A stretch of DNA of 32,000 bases from Caldivirga maquilingensis IC-167 (GTDB lineage Archaea > Thermoproteota > Thermoprotei > Thermoproteales > Thermocladiaceae): contig NC_009954.1 in the NCBI RefSeq assembly GCF_000018305.1, forward strand, positions 1,830,001 to 1,862,000, given 5' to 3'. Under the pieces are notes generated by a model, which saw only the letters and a program-made list of their open reading frames with translations, was not told the DNA's origin and did no database searches. Positions 1-10,574 of this stretch are shown here, piece after piece. Numbering within the stretch: position 1 is the stretch's first letter; every line of letters begins with the position of its first letter. The position numbers and the translations under genes were made by a program.

Positions 1-460
1 TAAGCTTACTGAACCTACTTAACACAGGGCCTGGATTAATACCTGTGTTACCGGCTGGAACAATTATATCAGACTGGAGTACATCACCTGGTTTAGCGTA
101 TCTTCTAACTGAGTTATCTACAATAATCCTGTAGAGGTCAAATGGATTCTCATTAGTGAATATGAAGCCATTCTCACCGCTCAAGTACTTCTCAATTTCG
201 GCGTTAACTGAATCACCGTAAATCCTCCTTAAGGCTATTAGGAATAATTTGTTTCTAAAAACCTTAACAACACCATGCCCCCTTAAAACCCTCCTATACT
301 GGTGAAGCATTGATGCAGGTAACTCCCTTAAGTCAAATATCATTATTACACTATGCTTCTTGATTAATTCCTCAAGCTCCTTAAGAACCTTAACCTTCCA
401 CTCTGGATACGGCTTAGCCCTAACATACCTCTGCTGCCCAGCTGAAGTACTAGCCATCAT
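1..460 (-). CDS. rpl10: 50S ribosomal protein uL10 / acidic ribosomal protein P0 homolog, N-terminal part (ORF runs off the left window edge)
   Basis: Own translation of the minus strand from ATG-ATG at 460 gives MMASTSAGQQRYVRAKPYPEWKVKVLKELEELIKKHSVIMIFDLRELPASMLHQYRRVLRGHGVVKVFRNKLFLIALRRIYG... and stays open to position 2. The PEWK..V.EL...DL..LPA....R..LR...K..KN pattern is typical of archaeal P0/L10 N-termini. It is absent from the supplied ORF track because it is truncated. Confidence 0.8.
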   Translation of the reverse strand, partial: MMASTSAGQQRYVRAKPYPEWKVKVLKELEELIKKHSVIMIFDLRELPASMLHQYRRVLRGHGVVKVFRNKLFLIALRRIYGDSVNAEIEKYLSGENGFIFTNENPFDLYRIIVDNSVRRYAKPGDVLQSDIIVPAGNTGINPGPVLSRFSKL

Positions 461-586
461 TCACTCTCTGTAAGGATTATTATTAAAACTTTACTGCGGC
501 TTAGGTTAATTAATTCCATTTGATTAAACACGCGCCACTGAATTAATGTTGATTGAGTTGAATGGTAAGCTTAACTTTTATGAAAC

Positions 587-1255
587 CTACTGCTGTTGAG
601 CAACCTCCTGGGTTACTTTAACAGCCTCCATTTCAGGCTTTGCCTCCGGCTTCCTTGGGTATTCAAGAACCTTAATCTTAATGATTTCAACCTTCCTAAG
701 CGGGTATATCTTCTTGGCTACATTAAATAAATCAACCTGTATCTTACCCATTATTGAATCCCTAACTAATGAATCGAAGTCGGATTCCTGACCCACCTTA
801 TCTAACCTATCCATTATTGACTTCCTTATCAAATGCTTATGAGTCCTAGTGCATCTATACGTGGTTATGGCTAAAACCTCCATCCTTAATTTCCCACCAT
901 CCTTAGTGGTTACATCCTTAATAACCATTACCTTACTTGAACCCCTCCTAACAAGATTCCTAACGTAATCCCTCGTTAACTCCATTCCATTAAACTGGGT
1001 TAAAGCCCTACCATCATCAACACCATTAACCCTGAACCTCAACTTAACGTTAATGTGTGATAAATCCTTAGTTAAATCATATAGGGTTGTCTCAACATTC
1101 CTACCCACCGCCTTGGAGGGTTCATCAACTGGAATTTCAACTATAGCCTGACCCCCTAGGAAAGCTGGTGCATAGACTGTTAGCCACTTCTTAAACGCCC
1201 ACTTCCCTAATGGTATCCTCTGCTGCGTAGCCGCTTGCTGGGCTTGAGCCATCAT
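587..1255 (-). CDS. rps3ae: 30S ribosomal protein S3Ae (eS1)
   Basis: 222-aa ORF. The N-terminal KKW..V.AP..F and the central VN.....T.F.G.ELTRDY.R.LVRR pattern match the S3Ae/eS1 family. It is adjacent to rpl10. Confidence 0.85.
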   Translation of the reverse strand: MMAQAQQAATQQRIPLGKWAFKKWLTVYAPAFLGGQAIVEIPVDEPSKAVGRNVETTLYDLTKDLSHINVKLRFRVNGVDDGRALTQFNGMELTRDYVRNLVRRGSSKVMVIKDVTTKDGGKLRMEVLAITTYRCTRTHKHLIRKSIMDRLDKVGQESDFDSLVRDSIMGKIQVDLFNVAKKIYPLRKVEIIKIKVLEYPRKPEAKPEMEAVKVTQEVAQQQ

Positions 1256-1299
1256 TTAACCTACATAGTCTTAGTTTAAAAACTTTACCATTAAGCGCA

Positions 1300-1647
1300 T
1301 TACTGCTCCTTCTCAATGGTTATTTTCCCTCCCTGTATCTTAACGTAAACGTACTCGCCAACATCCATCTTCCCACCTAACTCATCCATCTCCTCCTCAG
1401 TTAACATCAACGTCACCCTGGGTATCGGTACTTTTCCACCAATCATTTGACCCAACATTGGTATTGATCTAAAGACATTCTGCATCATTTCCAACATATC
1501 CCTACTTAATCCTGATGATTCACCTGAACTGGCAGCAACTAATCCAGGGTTCTCCCTCTCCTCAACAATATCAATCTTAAACATCTTCCCACCGAAGGGA
1601 TCCATTATCAATGTTTTACTAACCACGTAGCCTTTGAATCCAGCCAT
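1300..1647 (-). CDS. hypothetical small acidic protein
   Basis: 115-aa ORF in the same orientation as its neighbours, with non-repetitive composition. I recognise no motif. Confidence 0.5.
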   Translation of the reverse strand: MAGFKGYVVSKTLIMDPFGGKMFKIDIVEERENPGLVAASSGESSGLSRDMLEMMQNVFRSIPMLGQMIGGKVPIPRVTLMLTEEEMDELGGKMDVGEYVYVKIQGGKITIEKEQ

Positions 1648-1703
1648 AATTAAGCAACATTAATTCACTTAATATACTTTCCGCGTAAGGTTTAATCATA
1701 ATT

Positions 1704-2612
1704 TTATGAATTAAGCATTGTCTTAATCATTCTCTTTAATTCCGTTAACTTAGCTCCACCGCTCATTAATACCCTTATTATTAAGTCGCCTAATTCAGGG
1801 TCCTGAACCATTGTTCCTATTGAGTTTCCTAATACGTCTGGATCCATGTAAATCATCTTAACGGTCATTCCACCATCAATAGTGAAGTTAACGCCTGTTA
1901 TCCATGATGCTTCATCTGATACTAGGAAGGCTATGAGGTTAGCTACATCCATTGGGTTACCAACCCTGCCCGCTGGGTGCTGGGCATGGTCAAGGGGGTT
2001 TAATGACGGCTTCCTAGGCGGGTACTGCCACTCCGAGGTGTCTATCCAACCCGGCGCTACTGATACTACCCTAATCTTATACTTCGAGAGACTAATGGCG
2101 AGGGAGTGGGTTAACGCAACTATGCCGCCCTTTGATGCTGAATACGGTTCAGTGTTGGGTTCTGATTGAAAAGCCCTCGTGGATGCAATATTAACTATAA
2201 CTCCACCGCCGCGTTTAGCCATCTCTTGTCCAGCGTATTTTGAACATAACCATACGCCGGTTAGGTTAATTGATATTACCCTATTCCACTCATCCAGAGT
2301 CTGCTCGAATATTGACTTACCACTGAAGCCTATTCCGGCATTATTAATTAAAATATCAACACCGCCGAACCTCTTAACGGTTTCATTAACCATGTTTTTA
2401 ACGTCACTCTCAATAGATACGTCAGTCTTAATGAAAAAGGCATCTACACCATTGCTCCTAAGCCACCCTTCCCTCCATTTACCTGCCTCCTCATGAACAT
2501 CAGCAATAACTACCTTAGCACCCTCTAACCCTAATTTATAAGCCACAGCAGCCCCAATACCCCTAGCTCCCCCCGTTACTATGGCTACTTTACCACTTAA
2601 CCTACCACTCAT
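1704..2612 (-). CDS. short-chain dehydrogenase/reductase (SDR) family oxidoreductase with a C-terminal extension of about 50 aa
   Basis: It has the TGGARGIG dinucleotide-binding motif, NNAG, and the catalytic S...YSASK. Confidence 0.85.
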   Translation of the reverse strand: MSGRLSGKVAIVTGGARGIGAAVAYKLGLEGAKVVIADVHEEAGKWREGWLRSNGVDAFFIKTDVSIESDVKNMVNETVKRFGGVDILINNAGIGFSGKSIFEQTLDEWNRVISINLTGVWLCSKYAGQEMAKRGGGVIVNIASTRAFQSEPNTEPYSASKGGIVALTHSLAISLSKYKIRVVSVAPGWIDTSEWQYPPRKPSLNPLDHAQHPAGRVGNPMDVANLIAFLVSDEASWITGVNFTIDGGMTVKMIYMDPDVLGNSIGTMVQDPELGDLIIRVLMSGGAKLTELKRMIKTMLNS

Positions 2613-2657
2613 GGTATAAGGAATCCTTAACCTCCTTTTAACTATTCAATTAACCTA

Positions 2658-4349
2658 CTAAATCCTCGGTAACGTAACCGCACCCATTGATGCTGAGGAC
2701 ACCAGTGAGGCGTACTTAGCCAGTAATCCACTCCTATACCTTGGTGGTGGGGGCTGCCACCTACTTAGCCTTCTCTTAATCTCCTCCTCAGGGAGCTTCA
2801 AGTCAAGTCTACCATTCTCAACATCTATTACAACCACATCACCCTCCTCAACAACCGCTATTGGGCCACCCACAGCCGCCTCCGGGGCAACGTGTCCAAT
2901 CATTAATCCCCTGGTTGCTCCACTGAATCTTCCATCAGTGACTAGGGCAACGTCCTGCCCTAACCCAGCACCCACTATTGCTGAAGTAACCCTCAGCATT
3001 TCAGGCATACCGGGTCCACCCTTAGGCCCCTCATACCTTATTATAACAACATCCCCCGGCTTAATTTCACCCCTCCTTATTGCTTGGAATGCATCAACCT
3101 CACTATTAAATGGCTTAGCCTTACCCTCAAACCTCATTATATTGGTTGCAGCAACCTTAACAACAGCGCCCTCTGGTGCCAGTGAACCTTTAAGTATCCT
3201 TATACCACCCCATGGTTTAATGGGTGCTGATGGGTCCTTAACAATGTGACTATGCTCAACGTTAGGTATCTTGTAGTCCTTAAGGTTCTCCTCAAGGGTC
3301 TTGCCGGTTACTGTGATTACCTTACCATTAAGTAAGCCGGCCTTCAGCAACTTACTCATTACTAATGGTATTCCACCAACCTGATCCAACTCAGCTGGCA
3401 CGTAGTCACCACCAGGTCTAAGGGCTGCTATGTAGGGTACCTTCCTTGATATTCTATCGAAGTCATCTAGGGTTAATTTCACCCCAGCCTCATATGCTAT
3501 TGCCAGTAAGTGAAGTATAGCATTAGTTGACCCACCCACCGCCATTAGGACTGTTATGGCGTTTTCAAAGGCCTCATAAGTCATTATATCCCTTGGCTTA
3601 ATACCCAGCTCGGCAACCTTCATTAGCGCTAAGCCGGTTTCACGGGCGTAGATAACTCTCCTAGCAGATGTTGCAGGGGGAGTTGCGCTCCCAGGTAAGG
3701 CCATACCCAAGGCCTCCGTTAACGCTGCCATAGTATTAGCTGTAAACATGCCTGCGCATGTACCATAGGTTGGGTGGGCGTTTAACTCAATATTATATAA
3801 TTCATCCTCAGTAATCTTACCAACTATGAAGGCTCCCACGGCCTCATGAACATCCTCGATGGTTAACTTCCTACCACCATAGAAGCCGGGTTCAGCGGAT
3901 CCACCGTAAAGGTATATTGAGGGTATGTTTAACCTAGCCATTGCCATTAACAATCCCGGCGTAGTCTTATCGCATCCTCCAATACCAACGAAACCATCGA
4001 AGGCGTGGGCATTAACCTGGGCCTCAATTGTATCGGCTATAACATCCCTACTAACTAAACTATACCTCATGCCCTCAGTACCCATACCAATATTATCATT
4101 AACAACTATTGTAGGTACAGTTAATGGGGCACCACCACCAGTCTTAATACCCTCCTTGACGTATGACGCCAATTGAAGGGTATGTATGTTGCATGGACCA
4201 GCCTCACTCCAGGCCACTGCCACAGCCATTAAGGGTTTGGCGATATCTTCATCAGTTAGGCCAATTGATCTTAGGAAGGCTCTATGGGTGGCATTTAAGA
4301 CCCCATCATATCTCTCACTACTCCTGACCTTAACCTTTACAGATACCAT
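2658..4349 (-). CDS. ilvD: dihydroxy-acid dehydratase (IlvD/Edd family)
   Basis: 563 aa. The N-terminal RA.LRS.G..DED..KP..AVA....E..PCN.HL, then GCDK, and full-length resemblance fit IlvD. Confidence 0.85.
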   Translation of the reverse strand: MVSVKVKVRSSERYDGVLNATHRAFLRSIGLTDEDIAKPLMAVAVAWSEAGPCNIHTLQLASYVKEGIKTGGGAPLTVPTIVVNDNIGMGTEGMRYSLVSRDVIADTIEAQVNAHAFDGFVGIGGCDKTTPGLLMAMARLNIPSIYLYGGSAEPGFYGGRKLTIEDVHEAVGAFIVGKITEDELYNIELNAHPTYGTCAGMFTANTMAALTEALGMALPGSATPPATSARRVIYARETGLALMKVAELGIKPRDIMTYEAFENAITVLMAVGGSTNAILHLLAIAYEAGVKLTLDDFDRISRKVPYIAALRPGGDYVPAELDQVGGIPLVMSKLLKAGLLNGKVITVTGKTLEENLKDYKIPNVEHSHIVKDPSAPIKPWGGIRILKGSLAPEGAVVKVAATNIMRFEGKAKPFNSEVDAFQAIRRGEIKPGDVVIIRYEGPKGGPGMPEMLRVTSAIVGAGLGQDVALVTDGRFSGATRGLMIGHVAPEAAVGGPIAVVEEGDVVVIDVENGRLDLKLPEEEIKRRLSRWQPPPPRYRSGLLAKYASLVSSASMGAVTLPRI

Positions 4350-4477
4350 ATGTAACCCTGGTGGTTCACCGTTTTTATGTATTAAGTATTGTAATGAATT
4401 ATTATGATCTTAAAATTAATTCACCACGACTAAAAGTCCATGTGATGGGATTATTGACTTTATGGAAATACCATTCA

Positions 4478-4861
4478 CTACGGCTTCCAGGTTAAGGCCA
4501 TTATTGAACCTATAAGCAGTAGCAGGAATCCTAACACGAATCCACCCATTAGGTTTGTGAAGAAGCTTATTATTGATATAATTAGGAGTACTGCGCCTAC
4601 TGTATGAACCATGCCCTCATTCGTTAATCCCCCCAGCCTAGTGGATAGAACTAAGGCTACTACGGCAATTATTATTCCTATAATTGACAATATGACCATG
4701 GGTATGCCTAATAAACCGATAAATGGTATGAAGGTAAACACTGCTGAGAACACGAATTCAATAATAGCACTGACTAGGATTATTACACTACCAGCTAATG
4801 ATAATATGTATGCTCCCCGTGGTGTTTTAGACTGCATTAAGCCTTCTCTTTCAGTGCCCAT
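4478..4861 (-). CDS. small integral membrane protein (about four hydrophobic spans)
   Basis: 127 aa with four long hydrophobic stretches. The opposite-strand ORF 4611-4997 has no such organisation. Confidence 0.6.
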   Translation of the reverse strand: MGTEREGLMQSKTPRGAYILSLAGSVIILVSAIIEFVFSAVFTFIPFIGLLGIPMVILSIIGIIIAVVALVLSTRLGGLTNEGMVHTVGAVLLIISIISFFTNLMGGFVLGFLLLLIGSIMALTWKP

Positions 4862-4966
4862 TAATAAATATTCTCATATCAACATCATCCACTTTTATAA
4901 TTCATCGAGTTCAATGTATTACCCTTTACTACATGTGTTCATTATCCTAGAAGAATTTAAAGGATC

Positions 4967-5299
4967 CTACTTTATGCTGACCGCAGACTGGAGGTAAAGT
5001 ACATTGTAGGTGTCTCTTCTTTTAATCACAGCGAAGGTGAATATGTGGTCTACCTGCCCATCATTAGCCACAGCCCTTACGTACTTAACCTCATCTGGGT
5101 TATTGGTTTCAACACCATCAAGGTTAAGTAACTTAACATCAGTAACACTTAACCCCACGTTACTCAACTGCCCCTTCACGCAGTTTACTATTGAGTCAAA
5201 GGCCACACCCTCACAGGAGCCGCTCATGAAGGCTTCCATTACCTTACCGTGAATTGATTGAACCCTCCTACGTAATCTCTCATCTATATCAGTACTCAT
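4967..5299 (-). CDS. hypothetical protein
   Basis: 110-aa ORF with an ATG start and ordinary composition. I recognise no motif. Confidence 0.45.
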   Translation of the reverse strand: MSTDIDERLRRRVQSIHGKVMEAFMSGSCEGVAFDSIVNCVKGQLSNVGLSVTDVKLLNLDGVETNNPDEVKYVRAVANDGQVDHIFTFAVIKRRDTYNVLYLQSAVSIK

Positions 5300-5352
5300 A
5301 GTTTAATCCTTAAGCAACCCTGTTTTATGCTTAACCTAAACATTACTGGGAG

Positions 5353-6309
5353 TCACCATTGATCAAGCCTATATATGTATGGTTCCTTAATTTCTTCATA
5401 ATTAAAGCCTCCTAGGCTCATTACCATGTATGTATTCGGTATTTTAAAGACCTGGGCATTAATACATTTGAGGACTTTAGGTGATGCATAGATCCTTAAA
5501 CCCTTGGCTCTATTGGCTTTAACAATATAGTTGAGTAGGGTTAATGTTGATTCACAGTTAATTGAGGCAATCTCCTCCACCGTTACTACATCATCATTAA
5601 TACCCGTGATTAAGGCGTAGGCCAGGGTGGTGGCGCCGTTAATTAATTTAAGTGCAGTAGCGTTGACGCCTCTTGTTAACCTTAACCAAGTAGCCTTAAT
5701 AACATGGTCCCTAATGTAATTACTATCCCTAATCAACACTCCGTCAAGATCATTAGTCTCAGCATTATAAATCCTTAGGAGAGAGTCTGCGTCTGATTCA
5801 TTAACATTACTAACACTTAACTCGCTACTGCTAACCTGCCTCATGTCAATGGCCGGTATTATGGCGTAATCCCTTATGTAAACATCCTTAAAACCAATCT
5901 TCCTGTAGATGGAGTAGGCTAAGCCACCGTAAGTCGTGAATAAGGCTAAGGCATCATACGCTCCCTTCAATTCACTAACAGCATACTTAAGTAAATTACT
6001 GGCATAACCCTTACCTCTATGCCTCATACTAGTACATACCCCGGCGACTCCGCCAATCCTAATTGCTTCACCATTAAACCTAATTAAACGATCAATAACA
6101 TAAAGCGTGGAGACTAGTTCATTACCATCCTTCACCGCGAATACCCAGGTAGGCTTATAGTAAGGGTAATTGCTGAGTAATTCCATTAATCCCCCATTAC
6201 ATGCATAATTAACGAGACCGCAGGCATCACTAAAGCATTCGCAAAGTAACTTAAGTATGAGGCACTGTTCATCGCTTGAAGCATCTTTAGGCGAAATCTT
6301 AAGCATCAT
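5353..6309 (-). CDS. GNAT family N-acetyltransferase with an extended C-terminal region (Eis-like architecture)
   Basis: The acetyl-CoA-binding motif RHRGKGYASNLLKYAV follows a V.GV..V beta-strand. At 318 aa it is longer than a minimal GNAT. Confidence 0.65.
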   Translation of the reverse strand: MMLKISPKDASSDEQCLILKLLCECFSDACGLVNYACNGGLMELLSNYPYYKPTWVFAVKDGNELVSTLYVIDRLIRFNGEAIRIGGVAGVCTSMRHRGKGYASNLLKYAVSELKGAYDALALFTTYGGLAYSIYRKIGFKDVYIRDYAIIPAIDMRQVSSSELSVSNVNESDADSLLRIYNAETNDLDGVLIRDSNYIRDHVIKATWLRLTRGVNATALKLINGATTLAYALITGINDDVVTVEEIASINCESTLTLLNYIVKANRAKGLRIYASPKVLKCINAQVFKIPNTYMVMSLGGFNYEEIKEPYIYRLDQW

Positions 6310-6393
6310 TGAATATAATTATGCAGCGTTTAGTGTAAAAACATTACCGTGACCATAATAGTTAGGGGTTAATTTCATTAAGCGTTTAAATGA

Positions 6394-7827
6394 TTATTTA
6401 TTAATTATCTCCCTCCGCTGAGTCATTGGTACCCTTGTTCTACTCCATGAAGTTGCTATGGCTATGATTATTAACGCCAAGGATACCTTAAAGGCCATGT
6501 GGAGACTATTAATGAATGGCTCCATGAGACTTGGGGTTAGTGCTGATGCCCCAACGAATATTTGGAAGGCTATACTCCTTGGTACTGCAGCTGATGACAC
6601 TACTATAGCCACTATGAAGCTTAGGAGTATGCCTATGTTGCCTATGGTTCTATTAGTTCCCGAGGCAACCCCGTATAGGTTACTTGGAACCTCATGCATA
6701 ACCATTTTACCGTTTGCTGCAAAGAACATAGCTGCACCCGTACCACTTACTGTGGTTATAACCACTATTAAGTAAAGTGGAGTATTCAGTGTTAGTAAGG
6801 TATCGTAGAGTATGTAGGCTACTGCCTGGAGGGTTAAGCCGGTTGAGGCTATAATCCTTGCATCAAACCTGTCGGCTAATCTACCGCTAAGGGTTGCTGA
6901 TAATGAACCTATTAAGTAACCTGGTATTAACCATAGTGATGCCTCAAAGGGATTAAGACCCCTAACCCCCTGCAGGTACATTATTATTAGGAAGAGTATT
7001 GCGTTATTAGCCATGTATTGGAAGAAGTATGATAAGCTGGATAAAGTGAACATCCTTATTTTAAACAAGCTTAACCCAATTAAAGGGTACTTAGCCCTCA
7101 TTTCAATGTACAGGAATAATACAAGCAGTACTGTAGCAGTCGCTAACATTAAACCAACCTCCTCAGTATAACCAATCCCTGAATACGTTATCCCAGCCAT
7201 TGAGTAGAGGCCAAGGGATAACCCTAATGTGATTGAACCAGGGATATCAAAGCCCTGCCGTGTTCTAATCCCCCTATCCTTAAGGTATATTAAACCCATT
7301 ATGAAGCCTATGATGGCTACTGGTACATTAATATAGAATATCCATCTCCAACCTATGAATGTTGTTATAACACCACCAGCCAATATGCCTGCCACAGCCC
7401 CTAGGTTCCAGCCCATGCTGGTTGTGCCGAATACAAAACCCCTACTGCTGGTTGGGAAGTAGTCACTGGCTATGGCCATTGTGTTACTGGACATTAGTGA
7501 ACCACCAAAGGCTTGAACAGCCCTAAACCCAATTAACTCCACTGCATTAGTTGATAAGCCACATAATGCACTACCGATACCGAATAGGATTATGCCTAGG
7601 TTAAACATCATTGCCCTACCCTTTATGTCACCTAACTTACCTAACTGTGTTGAGAATATTGTTACAGATAATATGTATATTAAAATCACCCATATTAATG
7701 TGGATAAGTCGGTATGAAGGGCAGTGAGCATTACTGGAAGCGCAAGAATCACTATGGTGCTATCTAAAGCAACCATAAACGATGAAAGAGTCAATAATAG
7801 CAGTACAATGAATTGAACCTTATCCAT
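6394..7827 (-). CDS. MFS transporter (14-TM DHA2/EmrB-like)
   Basis: 477 aa, polytopic, with the MFS signature G.L.D..GR and about 14 hydrophobic spans. A TATA-like CCTTTAAAAG (minus) lies about 26 nt upstream of the ATG at 7827. Confidence 0.8.
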   Translation of the reverse strand: MDKVQFIVLLLLTLSSFMVALDSTIVILALPVMLTALHTDLSTLIWVILIYILSVTIFSTQLGKLGDIKGRAMMFNLGIILFGIGSALCGLSTNAVELIGFRAVQAFGGSLMSSNTMAIASDYFPTSSRGFVFGTTSMGWNLGAVAGILAGGVITTFIGWRWIFYINVPVAIIGFIMGLIYLKDRGIRTRQGFDIPGSITLGLSLGLYSMAGITYSGIGYTEEVGLMLATATVLLVLFLYIEMRAKYPLIGLSLFKIRMFTLSSLSYFFQYMANNAILFLIIMYLQGVRGLNPFEASLWLIPGYLIGSLSATLSGRLADRFDARIIASTGLTLQAVAYILYDTLLTLNTPLYLIVVITTVSGTGAAMFFAANGKMVMHEVPSNLYGVASGTNRTIGNIGILLSFIVAIVVSSAAVPRSIAFQIFVGASALTPSLMEPFINSLHMAFKVSLALIIIAIATSWSRTRVPMTQRREIINK

Positions 7828-8004
7828 GTATTATTCGACTTAAGCCTAGTCTTTTAAAGGTTACTCAATCACTCAATCAAACTGAACATACTGTAATGCT
7901 TCATTGCTTATTAATGGTTTCTATGGATTAGCCTACTCCAGTGGTTACGATTAATGGGGATCACATTCATGTAACACATGGAGAATAAACCCTAAAGGGA
8001 GGAT

Positions 8005-8718
8005 TCACACATAGTAGTAATCCCACGGCTCCTCATCACTCTTGAACACTAAGCAGCCGTAATTATCACACTGTATTGAGGCGTAGGGGTTTCCTAAAGT
8101 CTTCTCCCTCACATCACTTACACTCGGTAGTCTAACACCTATAATGGTTCCAATCTCCCCAGCAACCTTATCCGTGTCCTCAACGCTAATAACCAAGTCA
8201 TTTAACCTGAGTTCATGAAGCCTAAGGAGTAGGGTAGATAATTCACCATTAATTCTCCTAACTAATTCTAAGTCATCCAGGGTTGGTTCATCAATAGTCT
8301 TGTATATTGCAGTTAGTTTAACGGCGTGGTAGGCGTTGTTGAGGGCCCATGTTAAATTACCGAGGAGTAGGTTCTCGTAGAGCAATGCCATATTATTGAG
8401 TATTAATTGCTTAATTGTATCAATGGTCCATGTTGTTACATTAAACTTAAGCTCCGGCGATGAGCCGCAAATCACCTTAGAATCCTTAATTAACCATATG
8501 CATAATGGGTCACCGTAGTAGCACCTATTACTTAATGCATCTGCATCAGTTTGGATTAATGAAATGAAGCCATTAATCCCACTAACCCTTGAGCCCCCTA
8601 GTGCTAGGATATTAATGTCACTGAGGTATCTTGAGAAGTCCCTTGGCCTATTCACTGACCCAAACACTATGACTGTGGCTCCACTGTTGCATAATTCCTT
8701 AATGACGTTGTTTAACAT
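8005..8718 (-). CDS. nucleotidyltransferase-domain protein with a C-terminal helical domain (KNTase-like two-domain architecture)
   Basis: The N-terminal VIVFGSVNRPRDFSRYLSDINILAL fits the Pol-beta superfamily hhhFGS-x(9-12)-SD-h-D-h motif, but the second carboxylate is Asn. The C-terminal half is helical. Confidence 0.55.
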   Translation of the reverse strand: MLNNVIKELCNSGATVIVFGSVNRPRDFSRYLSDINILALGGSRVSGINGFISLIQTDADALSNRCYYGDPLCIWLIKDSKVICGSSPELKFNVTTWTIDTIKQLILNNMALLYENLLLGNLTWALNNAYHAVKLTAIYKTIDEPTLDDLELVRRINGELSTLLLRLHELRLNDLVISVEDTDKVAGEIGTIIGVRLPSVSDVREKTLGNPYASIQCDNYGCLVFKSDEEPWDYYYV

Positions 8719-8865
8719 GGATTACCGGCCTTAATGAGCATTAATTAACCTTACTAATATGCTAGAGGGCTAAGCCGTGTTGTTTTAAAGAATGGTGCAG
8801 TTATTTTAACGTATTATTATTTAAGTATTCAGTTTTGCTTTAAAAGATGAGGAGGTGATTCATGC

Positions 8866-9588
8866 ATGAGGTTAACTGTCCAGAGGAGTATACCATTCCC
8901 CCGCATAAGCCTAAGTAGGCTCATTAACTATTTAACATACATTAAGGATAATGGGATTGTTAACATTAATGACCTAAGGGAAGCAGGCCTAGACTTCGGT
9001 AAGGGGAAGGGTGACATAACTAGGTTCTTTGAGAAGCTTGGATTAGTGACTGTTCATGGTGAAGCTGTTTCATTAACAAGCCGTGGGGAGGAATTGGTTA
9101 ATGGTATTAAGGAACATGGGGTCATGGCTTTTCACGAGTACTTACTAAGTGAACTCCCACAGTATAGGTTGCTTATTGATGTTTTAAGGGATTTAGGTAA
9201 GGCTAAGGAGGATGATGTTTTAACGGAATTAAATAGGAGGATTGCATTAGAATCACCTGCAGCGTGGGTTAATAGGGTTGCATTAAGATCCATGCTTGGT
9301 TTACTTCAGGACCTTGGAGTTGTGGTTAAGGTTAATGGGGCAATAGCATACGTTAATAATGACTTCACAGACCCCTTGGAGTGTTTAAGTAGGGTTTCAG
9401 TGCAGGTTAATGGACAATACCTAGTTGGTGTTAGGGAATTGGGTAATTGCCTAGGTAGGGTTATTGACCCTTCATCACTCATTGAATGCGGAGTATTAAT
9501 AACGGCCCCGAATAATACCCTATTAAGGTTCAGTAACATGGAGTGTGTGGCTCGGTTATTGAGGACATATCAAGTTAACGTTATTTAA
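8866..9588 (+). CDS. hypothetical protein, probable tandem winged-helix
   Basis: 240 aa. Two segments (about 15-80 and 115-165) each show a helix-turn-helix-then-hairpin pattern (..DLREAGL...GDITRFFEKLGLVTVHGEAVSLT..; ..VALRSMLGLLQDLGVVVKVNGAIAYV). An SD-like GGAGGTGA lies at 8851-8858. Confidence 0.5.
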   Translation: MRLTVQRSIPFPRISLSRLINYLTYIKDNGIVNINDLREAGLDFGKGKGDITRFFEKLGLVTVHGEAVSLTSRGEELVNGIKEHGVMAFHEYLLSELPQYRLLIDVLRDLGKAKEDDVLTELNRRIALESPAAWVNRVALRSMLGLLQDLGVVVKVNGAIAYVNNDFTDPLECLSRVSVQVNGQYLVGVRELGNCLGRVIDPSSLIECGVLITAPNNTLLRFSNMECVARLLRTYQVNVI

Positions 9589-10488
9589 GGTATATTGTAG
9601 CCCGTTAATACTAATTATTACTTTACCGTCACTGCATGATATTGAGTAATCCTTAACTTGACTTAATTTAGCTTGAGTTAACTTACTGTACTTAATACCC
9701 ACTAATGAGCCATCACTTAACTTCACTAAATCCACGTGATCCTTATGAAGAGACTTAATTAAGTAGTCAGCACCATTAATATTAATCACCTCCCCCTTAC
9801 TTAACCCGATTAGGTGAATTGAGATAGATCTCTTCTCAATCCTCTTATCACCCCTATAGCCCACTACCTTACTGGTCTCCTGCATGAAGCTCGGTAACTC
9901 CCTATGTACGTTTAATGCTATGGATCTCGCTAACCTCTGGTTAGTGATCTTTATGTCGAAACCACCGTTAACGTCCTCAATCTTAATCACCCTACCCCTA
10001 TCCTCACCCTTAGCTAACGTCATTCTGACTATATCCATTACCTTAGCCTTGAATTCACTTAAATCACCACCAATAAGCCTTAGTTGAATAATAGCCTCCT
10101 CCTTCTCCATTAATTCAGCCCTACAGGATGGGCATAAATCCCTCTTAAACATTAACTTAACAGTGTACTCCTCCTCATAACTATTGGGCATTAATTCACT
10201 TGCCTTACCCTTAACCTTAATCTTAGCCTCATCTCTGAAAACCCTAATACTCATATCGCTAACAATGCCCTTAACCCTTATTTTCGATGATACTAGCTTC
10301 TCAAGACTCCTAATACCCCTACTCCATCTACCATTAATGAAGTATGCGCCGCAACTGTAGCACATGAGGACATTAACCTCATTAGGCACGTCAATTATCC
10401 TGTGGGTTAACCTATAGCAGTCTGGGCAAACACCCTCAATGAGTACATCAGTCTCCCTACCGCAGACCGGGCATATTTTCCTCAGCAT
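9556..10488 (-). CDS. NMD3-family protein (archaeal homolog of the 60S export adaptor)
   Basis: The N-terminal CPVCG...GVCPDCY...C..CG zinc-ribbon pattern and the overall length fit archaeal NMD3 (COG1499-type). Confidence 0.7.
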   Translation of the reverse strand: MLRKICPVCGRETDVLIEGVCPDCYRLTHRIIDVPNEVNVLMCYSCGAYFINGRWSRGIRSLEKLVSSKIRVKGIVSDMSIRVFRDEAKIKVKGKASELMPNSYEEEYTVKLMFKRDLCPSCRAELMEKEEAIIQLRLIGGDLSEFKAKVMDIVRMTLAKGEDRGRVIKIEDVNGGFDIKITNQRLARSIALNVHRELPSFMQETSKVVGYRGDKRIEKRSISIHLIGLSKGEVININGADYLIKSLHKDHVDLVKLSDGSLVGIKYSKLTQAKLSQVKDYSISCSDGKVIISINGLQYTLNNVNLICPQ

Positions 10489-10574
10489 TACGGTTAAACT
10501 TAGGTACCCTTGGCTTAAATAACTTTACTAAACATAAATTTTTAATGATTTAAATTAAAACCTAGGTTACGATT

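Noticed and set aside
8005-8718. The C-terminal helical domain of the NTase-domain protein read as an active HEPN RNase toxin.
   Set aside because: I found no R-x(4-6)-H motif in the C-terminal half.
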